Source of the DNA: Bryobacterales bacterium
GTDB lineage: Bacteria; Acidobacteriota; Terriglobia; Bryobacterales; Bryobacteraceae
DNA: 64,000 nt
Direction: 5' to 3'
NCBI GenBank assembly: GCA_963728965.1
Contig: CAVSMH010000010.1
Location: 212,573-276,572 of the forward strand
Below, piece by piece: positions 44,620 to 56,286 of the stretch; position 1 is the first letter of the stretch; every line of letters begins with the position of its first letter. The translations under genes and the position numbers were made by a program. The notes beneath the pieces are model-generated. The model was given only the letters and a program-made list of their open reading frames with translations. It did not search any database and was not told the DNA's origin.

Positions 44620-45428
44620 GCGTGTTTTCCGAAATTGAGAAGACCATCGAACGCGGCTTCCGTCGATGGACCGAGCGCGTCTTCGGAGCCGTCGAGTCCG
44701 ACGAGCTGTTGTTGGTGCATCGCGCGGTTCTGGAGGCGATCGAAAGCAAAGTTCAGACCGTGGCGCGCGGCAAGCGCCTGTTTCCTTACTCGCGGCTCGT
44801 GGTGACGATGGTGTCGCCCGATGCCGACCGCCGCGCGGTCTACCAGGCCGCGTTCGCCGACGGCGGGCGTCTGGAGAGCGAAGTTCGCGAAATGCTGGAA
44901 GGCACTGGCTGTGAGCTCACGCGCGGGTTGACGCTCGAAGTGCGGACCGCCGGGAACGGGGACAAGCCGTTCCTCATCGAGTATGAGGTGGGCTCCGTGG
45001 CGCCCGCGCCGCCGGCGCCGGCCGCCGCTCCCGTGAACCTGGCTGCGCCCGCGATCGTAACCGGCGTGGCGCGGCTGGTGGTCGTGCGGGGCAAAGCCGC
45101 CAGCGAGGATTACCGGCTCGACAAGGCGCGCACCAATATCGGGCGGATGGTGGAATTGACCGACGCCGAGGGGCACGTCGTGCGCCGCAACGACCTGGTG
45201 TTCGAGGAAGGCGGCGACGACGCCAACGGAACCGTATCGCGCCGCCATGCGCACATCCGGCTCGAGGCCGGCGAATACCGCATCTGCGACGACGAGAGCG
45301 AGTTCGGCACGCGCGTTTTCCGCGACGGCCGACCCATTGAAGTCCCCCCGGGAAACCGGCGCGGGGAGCGCCTCCGCTCCGGCGACGAGATTTACCTCGG
45401 CCGGGCCTGCGTCCGGTTCGAGCGCTAG
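44616..45428 (+). CDS. FhaA-like protein (DUF3662-type N-terminal domain + FHA domain)
   Basis: MSVFSEIEKTIERGFRRWTERVFG... has the DUF3662-like start. FHA block NIGRMVEL...VSRRHAHIRLEAGEYRICDDESEFGTRVFRDGRPI. ATGA overlap with the SEDS-PBP stop. Confidence 0.85.
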   Translation: MSVFSEIEKTIERGFRRWTERVFGAVESDELLLVHRAVLEAIESKVQTVARGKRLFPYSRLVVTMVSPDADRRAVYQAAFADGGRLESEVREMLEGTGCELTRGLTLEVRTAGNGDKPFLIEYEVGSVAPAPPAPAAAPVNLAAPAIVTGVARLVVVRGKAASEDYRLDKARTNIGRMVELTDAEGHVVRRNDLVFEEGGDDANGTVSRRHAHIRLEAGEYRICDDESEFGTRVFRDGRPIEVPPGNRRGERLRSGDEIYLGRACVRFER

Positions 45429-45464
45429 TGGGTGGCCGCGGCGCCGCCGCACTACCATAGAAGG

Positions 45465-46130
45465 ATGCCGGCTTTTCTGTTCGACCTCGACGGCACCCTG
45501 GTGGACAGCGTTTACCAGCACGTGCTCGCGTGGAGAGACGCGCTGGAGGAAGCGGGGCTGCCCCTGGCGGTGTGGCGCATCCATCGCAAAATCGGGATGA
45601 GCGGCGGCCTCTTCGTGAACGCGCTGGCCCGCGAAACCGGTCGCCCCATGGACGCCGAAGACACGGCGCGCATGCAGACGCTCCACGCGGAGGCGTTCCG
45701 GCGCTATTCGGCGCAGGTCCGGCCGCTGCCGGGCGCGCGCGAACTGCTGGCGTACCTGGCCAAATCGGGCGTGCCGCATGCCGTTGCCACCAGCGGCTAC
45801 CAGGAAAGCGCGGGCCGCTCGTTGCGGACGCTCGGCATCGGCCCCGACGTGCCGGTGGTCACCCGCGACCAGGTGGAACATGCCAAGCCGGACCCCGACC
45901 TCTTTCTGGCCGCGGCCCAGCGGTTGGGCGTGTCCATTGAAGATTCCGTTGTGGTCGGCGACAGCATCTGGGACCTGCTGGCGGCGCGCCGCGCGCGCGC
46001 GCTTGGCGTGGGACTGCTCTCCGGCGGCTACGGCTCCGAGGAGCTGGAGCGCGCGGGCGCGTATCGCGTCTACGAGGACCCGGCGGACCTGTTGGCCCAC
46101 TTGGACGAGCTGGGCGTCAGGGTGGGCTGA
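45465..46130 (+). CDS. HAD-IA family hydrolase (phosphatase-like)
   Basis: MPAFLFDLDGTLVDS (DxDGT motif I), VATSG (motif II), HAKPDPD and VVGDSIWDLLAA (motifs III/IV). Confidence 0.8.
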   Translation: MPAFLFDLDGTLVDSVYQHVLAWRDALEEAGLPLAVWRIHRKIGMSGGLFVNALARETGRPMDAEDTARMQTLHAEAFRRYSAQVRPLPGARELLAYLAKSGVPHAVATSGYQESAGRSLRTLGIGPDVPVVTRDQVEHAKPDPDLFLAAAQRLGVSIEDSVVVGDSIWDLLAARRARALGVGLLSGGYGSEELERAGAYRVYEDPADLLAHLDELGVRVG

Positions 46131-47344
46131 ATCAAGATCCACGAGATGCCCGCCATCAGGTAGAGCGCCGAGAGGATGTGCAGCGGCGCGTTCCAGTTGC
46201 CGTAACGATCGACAATCTGCGCGAGCACGATGGGGCTGAGGATCCCGCCCACCTGGCCCGCGGTATTCATTACCGCGCTCAGCACCGCCGCGTTTCTGCC
46301 GCCAAGATCGATGGCGGTGGCCCAGCTTGGCGCGAGCGTGAACATGGATAGCGCTCCGGCCGCCGCGATCAGCACTCCCGCCAGCCGCGGATTGGACGAT
46401 ACCGTGCCCCCCAGCATGATCAGCGATCCCAGGAAGTAAGCCACGGCGCCCACCGCCGAACGGCCGATGCGCACGCCGAATCGCCGCGACAGCGCGTCGG
46501 TGGTCATCCCACCCGTGATATCGGCCACCACGCTGAGCAGCAGGGGCAGGCCCGAAAAGATCGCCAGTTCCGCCGACGCCAGGCCGCGCGCCTTTGCCAG
46601 GTAAGTGGGCAGCCACGTGATGAAGAAGTAGAACCCGTAGGTGTTGGCGAAGTACTGCGCGCAGAGCGGCAGCAGGCTCGGCGTGCCAAACACCTGGCCC
46701 CAACTGCCGTGCGCGTGCGCCGGAGGCATGCCCCGCTCCCTTTCGATGAGGTCGCGCTCGGCGGCGGTCACGGCGGGATGATCGCGCGGCTCGTCGCGAA
46801 ACCAGCGATACCAGAACCAGGCCCATGCCAGCCCTATCGAACCGAGCCCCACAAAAACCAGGCGCCACGGCATCAGCGTGGCGATCCACGCCACCAGGCC
46901 GGGCGTGAGCCCGCCCGCCAGGTGCGCCCCCGCGAAGAAGATGCCCTGCACCCGTCCGCGCTCGCGCTCCGGAATCCACCGCGAGAAGACCCGTGCCGCG
47001 TTGGGCCACGCGCCGGCTTCGCCCGTGCCGAACAGGAAGCGCACCGCCAGCAGACCCGGGTAGCTGAACGCCGCCCCGGTGAGCATGGTGAACGCCGACC
47101 ACCAGACCACGATGCGCGTCAGCACGCGGCGGCTGCCGACGCGGTCGGCCCACCACGCAGTGGGGATTTCAAACAGCGCGTAGGCCAAGGTGAAGGCGCT
47201 GAACACGTACCCCATCTCGATGCGCGTCAGGTGGAGATCGCGCATGATGGAGGGCGCGAGAATCGAGATGCAGACCCGATCGAGATAAGTGACGCCGGCC
47301 AGGGCGACCGTGAAGCCGACTACGTAGTAGCGGACGGAGTGCAC
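46070..47344 (-). CDS. MFS transporter (anion:cation symporter-like)
   Basis: 12-TM pattern. ...[30 protein letters not shown]... is the MFS loop 2-3 signature. Its 3' end overlaps the convergent HAD gene by 61 nt. Confidence 0.8.
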   Translation of the reverse strand: MHSVRYYVVGFTVALAGVTYLDRVCISILAPSIMRDLHLTRIEMGYVFSAFTLAYALFEIPTAWWADRVGSRRVLTRIVVWWSAFTMLTGAAFSYPGLLAVRFLFGTGEAGAWPNAARVFSRWIPERERGRVQGIFFAGAHLAGGLTPGLVAWIATLMPWRLVFVGLGSIGLAWAWFWYRWFRDEPRDHPAVTAAERDLIERERGMPPAHAHGSWGQVFGTPSLLPLCAQYFANTYGFYFFITWLPTYLAKARGLASAELAIFSGLPLLLSVVADITGGMTTDALSRRFGVRIGRSAVGAVAYFLGSLIMLGGTVSSNPRLAGVLIAAAGALSMFTLAPSWATAIDLGGRNAAVLSAVMNTAGQVGGILSPIVLAQIVDRYGNWNAPLHILSALYLMAGISWILIQPTLTPSSSKWANRSAGSS

Positions 47345-47379
47345 GTGTTTCGAGTTTACCGGAACCGCCGCCGCGGGCT

Positions 47380-47385
47380 GATAAT
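47380..47385 (+). promoter_or_regulatory. -10-like box GATAAT 9 nt upstream of the uvrB ATG
   Basis: Sequence is gggctGATAATctgagaactATG. Confidence 0.3.
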
Positions 47386-47394
47386 CTGAGAACT

Positions 47395-49374
<1,980 letters not shown>

Positions 49375-49378
49375 TGCA

Positions 49379-51832
49379 TCAGCTTGCCCGCAGGGCCACC
49401 GATGGATCGATGTGCGAGGCCCGCCGGGCGGGCAGGTAGCTCGCCACCGCGGCCACGGCGGTGAGTACCGCCGTCATGCCGCAGAACGTTACCGGATCCG
49501 TCGCCGTCACGCCGTACAGAAGCCCGCCGAGCGCCCGCGCCAGCACCCAGGAGGCAACCGCTCCCACCAGCATGCCCGCGGCCGCCAGCCCCAGCGTCTG
49601 GCCGACAATCCCCGCCTGCAGGGTGCCCGCCGATGCTCCCAGCGCCATGCGAACCCCGATCTCCTGCGTCCGCTGGCTCACTGAATACGAAACGACGCCA
49701 TAGATTCCCAGCGACGCCAGGATCAGCGCGAACAGGGCGAATCCGCCCAGCAGCAGCACGATCAGCCGCCGCGGCGATACGGCTTTATCGACGAGTTCCT
49801 GCAAGGTGCGAAAGTCCTTGCCGGGTATGTCCGGCGCGATCGGCCGGAGGGCGGCGCGAACCGCTGAAGCCAGTTCGGCCGGCGGCAGCTTGGTGCGTAC
49901 CACCAGGTCCACCGAAGCGATGTCGCGGCATTGCCGCATGGGCAGGTAGATTTCCATTCCGGAGCCCTGCTCCAGGGCCAGGTGCCGCACGTCCCCCACC
50001 ACGCCCACCACACGCCGCTCGCCGCAAGCCCGTATGAACTTGCCGAGCGCGCTTTCACCCGCGAAAAGCGTGCGCGCCATGGTCTCGTTGATGACGATCA
50101 CCGGATCGCTGCCGGGGGCGTCCCGTACGCTGATATCGCGTCCTTCGCGCAAGGGTATGCCCATGGAACCGATGTAGCCGTCGCTCACTACACGGACGAA
50201 AGAATCGGGGAACTTCCCTTTCGGATAGGTCTGGCCTTTGGCCGGCGTGCCCCAACTTCGGTTGCGGCCCAGCGGCAGCGCATCGGTCAGGCCGGCCGCC
50301 AAAACGCCGGGAACGGCCCGCACCCGCCGCAGCACGTCGTCGAAGTAGGCGTTCTGCTGGGGCTGGGTGGAATACCGCGAGTCGGGATCCACGCGCAGCG
50401 CGGCGGCGCGCTCCGGCCGGAATCCCAGGTCCACATCGAGAACATGCAGGAAGCTGCGTACCAACAATCCCGCGCCTACCAGCAGCACGCTGGCGAAGGC
50501 GATCTCCGCCGCTACGAGTGCGTTCCGGATCCAGCTCCGCCCCCGGCCGGCCGTCGAACCTCGCGTGGTGTCCTTCAGCACGTCGTGAAGCGCCGCACCG
50601 GGCGTCTGGAGCGCGGGCGCGAGGCCGAAGATCACCCCGGTAAGCAGCGAGGCCGCCAGCGTAAACGCCAGCGCCGCCGGATCGGTGCGGACGCTCCGCA
50701 GCAGCGGAATGCTGACCGCATCCAGGTGCGACAGAATCCGCGTGCCGGCGATTGCCAGAACCACACCCAGCGCGGCGCCGCAACAGGACAGCGCGATTCC
50801 CTCGGTGAGCATCTGCCGGATCAGCCGCCCCCGTCCCGCGCCCAGGGCGGTGCGGATCGCAATCTCCTTCTGCCGGCTGGCGGTGCGTGCCAGCAGCAGG
50901 TTCGACACGTTGGTGCAGACAATCAACATAACCACACCCACCGCGCATGCCAGCACCGTCAACGCTAATCGCAGCCGCCCGCTCACGTGTTCCGCCAGGG
51001 GCTTGATCACGCCTTCAAAGTTGTTGCGCTCCGGGTGCGCCCGCACGATCTGGGAAGCCAGAATTTTCAGTTCGGCCCGGGCCTCCCCCAGCGTGACCCC
51101 GGGCTTCAGGCGGCCGATGATGGCCATCGTGTTGCCCCAACGGTTCGTTTCGTTGCTGAGCGGAAACGGGAAATACAGATCGAAATGGCTGCCCGGCGCG
51201 AATACCGCCGCAAAATCGAAGGAGGCCGGCAGCACACCCACCACCGTCACCGGCTGGTTATTCAGCGTGAGCGCCTGGCCCACGATCGCGGGATCGGAGC
51301 CAAACCGCCGCGCCCACAGCCCGTGGCCCAGCAGCACGGCTTTGGGCCCGTGCCATTTGCATTCTTCCGCATTGAACAGGCGGCCGAGCTGCGGCTGAAT
51401 GCCCAGCACCTGGAAGAAATTCTCCGACACCGGCACCCCGCTCAGCCGCTCCGGCTCTCCCTGCCCGCTGAGCAGATTGTCGCCGACGCCATAGAACGCA
51501 AAATAGGCTGCCAGGTCGGAAAACGACCGGTTGCGCGCGCGCAGATCGAGCAGGTGCCCCACTTGCGTCGTCTGGCTCGAAAGACCGCTGCTGTCGTGGT
51601 TGGCGATCCAGACCAGGCGCTCCGGATCGGTGAACGGCAGCGGCCGAACCAGCACCGCATTGACCACGCTGAACACGGTCGCGCTGGCGCCGATCCCCAG
51701 TCCCACGATCCAGATGGCGAAGGTGGCGAACCCGGCATCGCGCCGCAGTGTGCGAAACGTGTAGTGCAAGTCGTGCAGAATACTATCCACTACGGAATGA
51801 AAATGGCCGGAAGCGGTAGATCGGGGCATCAA
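49379..51832 (-). CDS. ADOP-type (duplicated MacB/FtsX) ABC transporter permease
   Basis: N-terminus ...LHDLHYTFRTLRRDAGFATFAIWIVGLGIGASATVFSVVNAVLVRPLPFTDPERLVWI is typical of the TIGR03434 family. Two MacB-periplasmic + FtsX modules. 817 aa. Confidence 0.85.
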   Translation of the reverse strand: MMPRSTASGHFHSVVDSILHDLHYTFRTLRRDAGFATFAIWIVGLGIGASATVFSVVNAVLVRPLPFTDPERLVWIANHDSSGLSSQTTQVGHLLDLRARNRSFSDLAAYFAFYGVGDNLLSGQGEPERLSGVPVSENFFQVLGIQPQLGRLFNAEECKWHGPKAVLLGHGLWARRFGSDPAIVGQALTLNNQPVTVVGVLPASFDFAAVFAPGSHFDLYFPFPLSNETNRWGNTMAIIGRLKPGVTLGEARAELKILASQIVRAHPERNNFEGVIKPLAEHVSGRLRLALTVLACAVGVVMLIVCTNVSNLLLARTASRQKEIAIRTALGAGRGRLIRQMLTEGIALSCCGAALGVVLAIAGTRILSHLDAVSIPLLRSVRTDPAALAFTLAASLLTGVIFGLAPALQTPGAALHDVLKDTTRGSTAGRGRSWIRNALVAAEIAFASVLLVGAGLLVRSFLHVLDVDLGFRPERAAALRVDPDSRYSTQPQQNAYFDDVLRRVRAVPGVLAAGLTDALPLGRNRSWGTPAKGQTYPKGKFPDSFVRVVSDGYIGSMGIPLREGRDISVRDAPGSDPVIVINETMARTLFAGESALGKFIRACGERRVVGVVGDVRHLALEQGSGMEIYLPMRQCRDIASVDLVVRTKLPPAELASAVRAALRPIAPDIPGKDFRTLQELVDKAVSPRRLIVLLLGGFALFALILASLGIYGVVSYSVSQRTQEIGVRMALGASAGTLQAGIVGQTLGLAAAGMLVGAVASWVLARALGGLLYGVTATDPVTFCGMTAVLTAVAAVASYLPARRASHIDPSVALRAS

Positions 51833-51912
51833 TACTGATACTCCGCAAACCCGGGAAGGTTACGCTTGCATTCCGGAAAAATATGGCGCCGACCGTTTGC
51901 GCGGGGTAGAGT

Positions 51913-51933
51913 GGGGCCGGTTGCGCCGGCCCC
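51913..51933 (-). terminator. GC hairpin downstream of the OMP gene (candidate terminator, no immediate U tract)
   Basis: GGGGCCGG (51913-51920), 5-nt loop, CCGGCCCC (51926-51933). 22 nt after the minus-strand stop at 51955. Confidence 0.35.
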
Positions 51934-51954
51934 AAGGAGGTGGCTGCACGCCAA

Positions 51955-52584
51955 CTAAAACCGAAGGCCGATTGTAATGGGAATGAAGTTGGTGTCAACG
52001 CGATTTGTGAACATGTGGTGGAATCGTGCTTCGGCAAAAAGCTTCGTATGGCTTTGCCCCAATCTGAAGGCGACACCGGCGCCCGCGTCCACTCCACCCT
52101 TGTAGACTCCGTAGGAGCCGATTACCTGGTTGGTAAGGATATTGGCGGGATAGACGATGCCCCACCACGGGTCGAACACGGTGATGGTCGCCACCGCCGG
52201 CTGGGTGAATTCGATCGTGCGGTGATAGATGCCGCCGCCGCCGGTCACATAGAAATCGACCGGGCTGGATTCGGAAGGCGTCAGATGAATTACAGGGTCC
52301 AGCGTGAATGCCCATACCCTTGTGCTCCCGTTCGGTGCCTGAACCTGGTCGAGCGCGGCGCGGTTGATGCCGAAATCGTTGTACATGAAGTTCAGATTGA
52401 TGCCGGCCCAACGGCCCGTGAGACCGGCGCCGGCCGAGATGTTCCAGCCATTGTCGATGCGGCTTCCGATCGGGTTCAGTGGCACCGAGGGCCCTCCGCC
52501 TACGTAGCCGGTAAAGCGAGCCTGAGCCAGCGCGGGCAGTGCCGAAATACAGCTTAAAGCGAGTAAGGTTGCGAAAGATTTCAT
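51955..52584 (-). CDS. Small outer-membrane beta-barrel protein (OmpA-N/OmpW-like)
   Basis: Signal peptide MKSFATLLALSCISALPALAQA. Alternating beta-strand pattern. Ends ...IPITIGLRF. GAGGAG lies 12 nt upstream of ATG 52584. Confidence 0.75.
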   Translation of the reverse strand: MKSFATLLALSCISALPALAQARFTGYVGGGPSVPLNPIGSRIDNGWNISAGAGLTGRWAGINLNFMYNDFGINRAALDQVQAPNGSTRVWAFTLDPVIHLTPSESSPVDFYVTGGGGIYHRTIEFTQPAVATITVFDPWWGIVYPANILTNQVIGSYGVYKGGVDAGAGVAFRLGQSHTKLFAEARFHHMFTNRVDTNFIPITIGLRF

Positions 52585-52652
52585 ATCCGTGTGAGACTCC
52601 TCAAGTCGTACTGAGTTGGGGCACGCGCCGTGCCACTTCACACCCGGCGATG

Positions 52653-53216
52653 TTAAGACTGAAACAGCCGGATTCCGGCGATGCCTGCGGCGCCCGCGCG
52701 CAAGCACTCCGGCGCGTTGCTCTGTGTGATGCCGCCCAGCGCGACCACCGGTATGGTGACCGCCTTCACCGCCTCACGCAGCCGCTCGACTCCTTGGGGT
52801 GCGCCCCATGCCGCTTTGGAGGGCGTGAAGAATACCGGACCGAAAACGGCGAAGTCGGCGCCCTCCGCTTCCGCCGCGCGCACCTCCTCGAGCGAGTGCG
52901 TGGAGACACCAATCAGGAACCCCGCCGGAACGATAGTGCGTAGAATTTTCGACTTCACCGCGTCTGCCGGCAGATGCACACCGTGAGCGCCGCAGGCCAG
53001 GGCGATATCGGTGCGCGAGTTCACCAGGATGCGCGTGCCGTGGGGATTGGGCAGCCCGATTACGCCGCGGACCAGCGCGCACAGCTCCCGCGCCGGCAGG
53101 TCTTTTTCCCGAATCTGGATGCGCTCCACGCCCTCGCCGAGCGCCCGTTCGATCCAGCCGAGGAGCGCGCCGATGCCTCCCGCGCCGCGCCGGTCGGTGA
53201 TGTAGTAGCGCAGCAT
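52653..53216 (-). CDS. thiE: Thiamine-phosphate synthase family protein (ThiE/TenI fold)
   Basis: YYITDR..., [56 protein letters not shown] and IPVVALGGI. The start overlaps the upstream stop by 1 nt (TGATG). Confidence 0.75.
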   Translation of the reverse strand: MLRYYITDRRGAGGIGALLGWIERALGEGVERIQIREKDLPARELCALVRGVIGLPNPHGTRILVNSRTDIALACGAHGVHLPADAVKSKILRTIVPAGFLIGVSTHSLEEVRAAEAEGADFAVFGPVFFTPSKAAWGAPQGVERLREAVKAVTIPVVALGGITQSNAPECLRAGAAGIAGIRLFQS

Positions 53217-53803
53217 CAGAGCGGTTCGTAATAGCACTCGCCCGCGCATGCGCGGCAGAGTGCCACCCCCTCGCGGATTACTTCCCGCCGGAAGTTGATG
53301 CCCTCGCCGCACCGGGCGCACACCACCCGCGGCGCCTTGTATCCCGGCAGGTCTTCCGGACCGATCGAGACGCGCACCCAGCGGGTCGCGAACAGCTCTT
53401 CATCGGCCATCTCCCGATACGCGCGCATCTGCTGCTGGTTGCGGTTTTCGATTTCGGGGTACATCTCGCGAGCCCGCTGCCTGGCGCTTTCGAGCGCCGC
53501 CACCCGCACCGCGCGATTCCGGCCGAGGTCGCAGAACGTCGCCGCCACCTTGCCGAAATCGCGGAACTTCAGCGCCCGTTTGCCGAGCCGGCAGCCGGTC
53601 ACGATGGGGATGGCGTCGGTGGCGCAGCGGTCGATTTCGACAAACGTGACCAGGCGCTTGCGGTCGGCGCCCGCCGGGTCCTCCAAACCCAGTAGCCGCA
53701 CCCCGCAGAGCGCCATGCGCAGCCCCAGGATCTGCCCCGCGCACAGATGACCGTGGGCGGCGGCGGCCAGGGTTTCGTATTCTCGCAACGACTGGAGCGG
53801 CAT
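53216..53803 (-). CDS. FmdE/FwdE-family protein with C-terminal zinc ribbon
   Basis: ...[18 protein letters not shown]...[23 protein letters not shown]... (FmdE-type Cys/His/Asp cluster). CARCGE...CRACAG zinc ribbon. ATG 53803 lies 1 nt after the lyase stop. Confidence 0.7.
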   Translation of the reverse strand: MPLQSLREYETLAAAAHGHLCAGQILGLRMALCGVRLLGLEDPAGADRKRLVTFVEIDRCATDAIPIVTGCRLGKRALKFRDFGKVAATFCDLGRNRAVRVAALESARQRAREMYPEIENRNQQQMRAYREMADEELFATRWVRVSIGPEDLPGYKAPRVVCARCGEGINFRREVIREGVALCRACAGECYYEPL

Positions 53804-53804
53804 A

Positions 53805-55151
53805 TCAGACGGGCCGGAAGCGCGCGCTGAAATGGCGAAGAAAGGGCGGCTCCTCCACGATCTCCAGCCCGCCAATCTGCTGCTTCCGCTCGTTCACTTC
53901 CAGAATCGCCTCCACCACGTAATCGATATGGCTCTGCGTGTAGACCCGGCGTGGGATGGCCAGCCGCAGCAGTTCGTGCCGCGCCGCATCGCCGAACATC
54001 AGCGAGCCGATCTCCACCGAGCGGATGCCCGCGTGGCGGTACAACTCCACCGCCAGCGCCTGGCCCGGAAACTGGCGCGGCGGAATGTGCGGCAGCATGC
54101 GGGCCGCATCGATGTAGATGGCGTGGCCGCCGGGAGGCTCCACAATGGGCACGCCGCGGTCGGCAATGTGCCGGCCCAGGTACCCCGTCGAGACAATTCG
54201 GTAGCGCAGGTAGTCGGGCTCGAGAATCTCCTCCAGCCCCACCGCAATGGCTTCGAGGTCCCGTCCGGCCAGGCCGCCGTAGGTCGGGAAGCCCTCGGTC
54301 AGGATCAGCAGGTTGGTCTCCTGCTGGGCAATGCGGTCGTCGTTGCTGCACAGAAAACCGCCGATGTTGGCGAAGGCGTCCTTTTTCGCCGAAAACGTGC
54401 AGCCGTCCGCCAGTGAGAACATCTTCTGTGCGATCTGTTTCGGCGTGCAGCCCGCGTACCCGGGCTCCCGCTCGCGGATGAACCAGGCGTTTTCGGCAAA
54501 CCGGCAGGCGTCCAGGTACAGCAGGATGCCGTGCCGCGAGCAGACGCGCCGCACCGCTTCGATATTGGCCATGGAGACCGGCTGGCCGCCGCCCGAGTTG
54601 TTCGTCACGGTCAGCATCACCAGCGGAATGCGGTCCGCGCCCTCCGCCGCGATCAGCGCTTCGAGCGCGGGCACGTGCAGGTTGCCCTTGAAGTCCAGCC
54701 GCGCCTGCGTGTCCGCCGCTTCCGGCAGCGGCAGGTCCACCGCCCGCGCGCCGGTGAATTCGATGTTCGCGCGGGTGGTGTCGAAGTGCGTATTGGAGGG
54801 AACGATGTGCCCGGGCCGGCACATCACCGTGAACAGGATGCGCTCGGCGGCGCGGCCCTGGTGTGTCGGGACCATGTGGCGGAAGCCGGTAAGCTCGTCC
54901 ACTACGCGCTTCAGGCGGAAAAAGCTGTCGCTGCCGGCATAGGATTCGTCGCCGCGCATCACCGCGGACCACTGCCCCGTGGACATGGCGCTGGTGCCGG
55001 AATCGGTGAGCAGGTCGATCAGGATGTGGCGCGCTTCGATAAGAAACAGGTTGTAGCCGGCCTGCGCCAGCAGGCCCTCGCGCTCTGCGGGCGTGGTCTG
55101 GTGAAGCGGCTCCACGCTCTTGATGCGGAACGGCTCGATAATGGTCTGCAC
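53805..55151 (-). CDS. Beta-eliminating lyase: tryptophanase or tyrosine phenol-lyase (PLP-dependent)
   Basis: (GTG) MQTIIEPFRIKSVEP...IDLLTDSGTSAMS...GDESYAGS...PTHQGRAAE...FDTTR...SAKKDAFANIGGFL (PLP-lysine block). Collinear with my recollection of Citrobacter TPL and E. coli TnaA. I cannot separate Trp from Tyr specificity by eye. Confidence 0.85.
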   Translation of the reverse strand: MQTIIEPFRIKSVEPLHQTTPAEREGLLAQAGYNLFLIEARHILIDLLTDSGTSAMSTGQWSAVMRGDESYAGSDSFFRLKRVVDELTGFRHMVPTHQGRAAERILFTVMCRPGHIVPSNTHFDTTRANIEFTGARAVDLPLPEAADTQARLDFKGNLHVPALEALIAAEGADRIPLVMLTVTNNSGGGQPVSMANIEAVRRVCSRHGILLYLDACRFAENAWFIREREPGYAGCTPKQIAQKMFSLADGCTFSAKKDAFANIGGFLCSNDDRIAQQETNLLILTEGFPTYGGLAGRDLEAIAVGLEEILEPDYLRYRIVSTGYLGRHIADRGVPIVEPPGGHAIYIDAARMLPHIPPRQFPGQALAVELYRHAGIRSVEIGSLMFGDAARHELLRLAIPRRVYTQSHIDYVVEAILEVNERKQQIGGLEIVEEPPFLRHFSARFRPV

Positions 55152-55163
55152 TCAGACCATTAT
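55138..55163 (-). promoter_or_regulatory. Perfect 11+11 bp inverted repeat with 4-nt spacer containing the lyase start codon
   Basis: ATAATGGTCTG (55138-55148), CACT, CAGACCATTAT (55153-55163). On the mRNA this reads AUAAUGGUCUG-AGUG-CAGACCAUUAU, with GUG (55151-55149) in the loop. The upstream arm begins 1 nt after the adaptor-gene stop (55165-55167). Confidence 0.5.
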
Positions 55164-55164
55164 T

Positions 55165-56286
55165 TCATCGTGCGCCCACCGCCGCGCCGTCGCGCAGTTC
55201 GTCCGTGCCGCGCCGCACCACCCGGTCGCCCGGCTGAAGCTTGCCCGTCACCTCCACCTGGTCGCCCTCCGCCGCCCCCTTCTTCACATCCACCCACTCG
55301 GCCCGCCCATTGCGGTCGCGAATCACGAAGGTGCGCTCCGAAGTGGTCACCACCGCGGTTCGCGGCACGTACAGGCCGGGGCGCGCGCGCCGAACCGGCC
55401 ACGCGATGGTGGGATACATGCCCGGCGCGAGCGACCCGTCGCGATTGATCACGTCCAACTCCACCGGCATCGTCCGGCTTTTTGCGTCGACCGCGTGGGC
55501 GATGCGCGCGACTGTGCCGGTGTAGGTCCGCTCCGCGTACGCCGGCACGCGGAACGGCACTGTGGCGCCGCGCACGATCCCGCCGATATCGGCCTCCGGC
55601 ACCGGCACCACCAGACGCAGGCGCGATACCTGCTGGATCACCAGCAGCGTGCTTTCCGGACCGGTGCCGGCCAGCGCGCCCGGATGTACCACCCGCTCGG
55701 TGACCACGCCGTCAAACGGCGCGGTGATCCGCAAGTAACCCATCAGCTCCTTTTCCGCATCCACGGCCGATTCGGCGGCGCGCACCGCGTCCTGCCGCGC
55801 GCGCACCAGGGCCTGGGCCGCTTCCACCACCTTTTCGGCCTGCACCAGTTCGTTTCCGGCCACCGCCCCGGGCGTTCCGGAGGCCTTCTTCAGGCGCTCG
55901 CTGGTGGCCTGCGCGGCGGCCAGTTGGGCTTCGGCCTGGGCGCGTTCCGATTGCGCGCCCTGTACTTTGCTCTGCGCCTCGGCAATCCGCGCCTTCAATT
56001 CCGGCGCGCTCAACTCCACCAGCAGATCGCCCTGCTTGACCTCGCTGCCGCGATCCACCAGCACGCGTTCCACGTAGCCGGGCACCTTGGCGTGCAGCGA
56101 TACGCTCAGGAACGGCAGAAATTCGCCGGGCAGTTCCAGCGTGCGCGACACCGGCCGGGACACGACCGGCGCCAGTTCGGTGTTCTGCGGCAGGGCGGGG
56201 AGGGCGAGGAGCAGCGACAGGACCCCGATCCGCCCAAGCGAAAGCGGATGCGCCACGCCCGCTGATGGTATCTTAGTTCGCATCAT
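55165..56286 (-). CDS. Efflux RND periplasmic adaptor (membrane fusion protein)
   Basis: Signal/anchor. Coiled-coil hairpin ([26 protein letters not shown]...). [19 protein letters not shown] is a HlyD_D23-type block. 14-nt overlap with the RND gene. Confidence 0.85.
   Translation of the reverse strand: MMRTKIPSAGVAHPLSLGRIGVLSLLLALPALPQNTELAPVVSRPVSRTLELPGEFLPFLSVSLHAKVPGYVERVLVDRGSEVKQGDLLVELSAPELKARIAEAQSKVQGAQSERAQAEAQLAAAQATSERLKKASGTPGAVAGNELVQAEKVVEAAQALVRARQDAVRAAESAVDAEKELMGYLRITAPFDGVVTERVVHPGALAGTGPESTLLVIQQVSRLRLVVPVPEADIGGIVRGATVPFRVPAYAERTYTGTVARIAHAVDAKSRTMPVELDVINRDGSLAPGMYPTIAWPVRRARPGLYVPRTAVVTTSERTFVIRDRNGRAEWVDVKKGAAEGDQVEVTGKLQPGDRVVRRGTDELRDGAAVGAR

Noticed and set aside
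46070-46130. 61-nt 3' overlap of the convergent HAD and MFS genes
   Set aside because: The overlapping tails are the non-conserved C-termini of both proteins. Convergent overlaps of this size are common in compact GC-rich genomes.
44541-47156. 871-aa minus-strand ORF spanning the FhaA-like, HAD and part of the MFS regions
   Set aside because: It is antisense or out of frame to three well-supported genes. It has the same low-complexity Arg/Gly/Ala/Pro composition and no recognisable domain.
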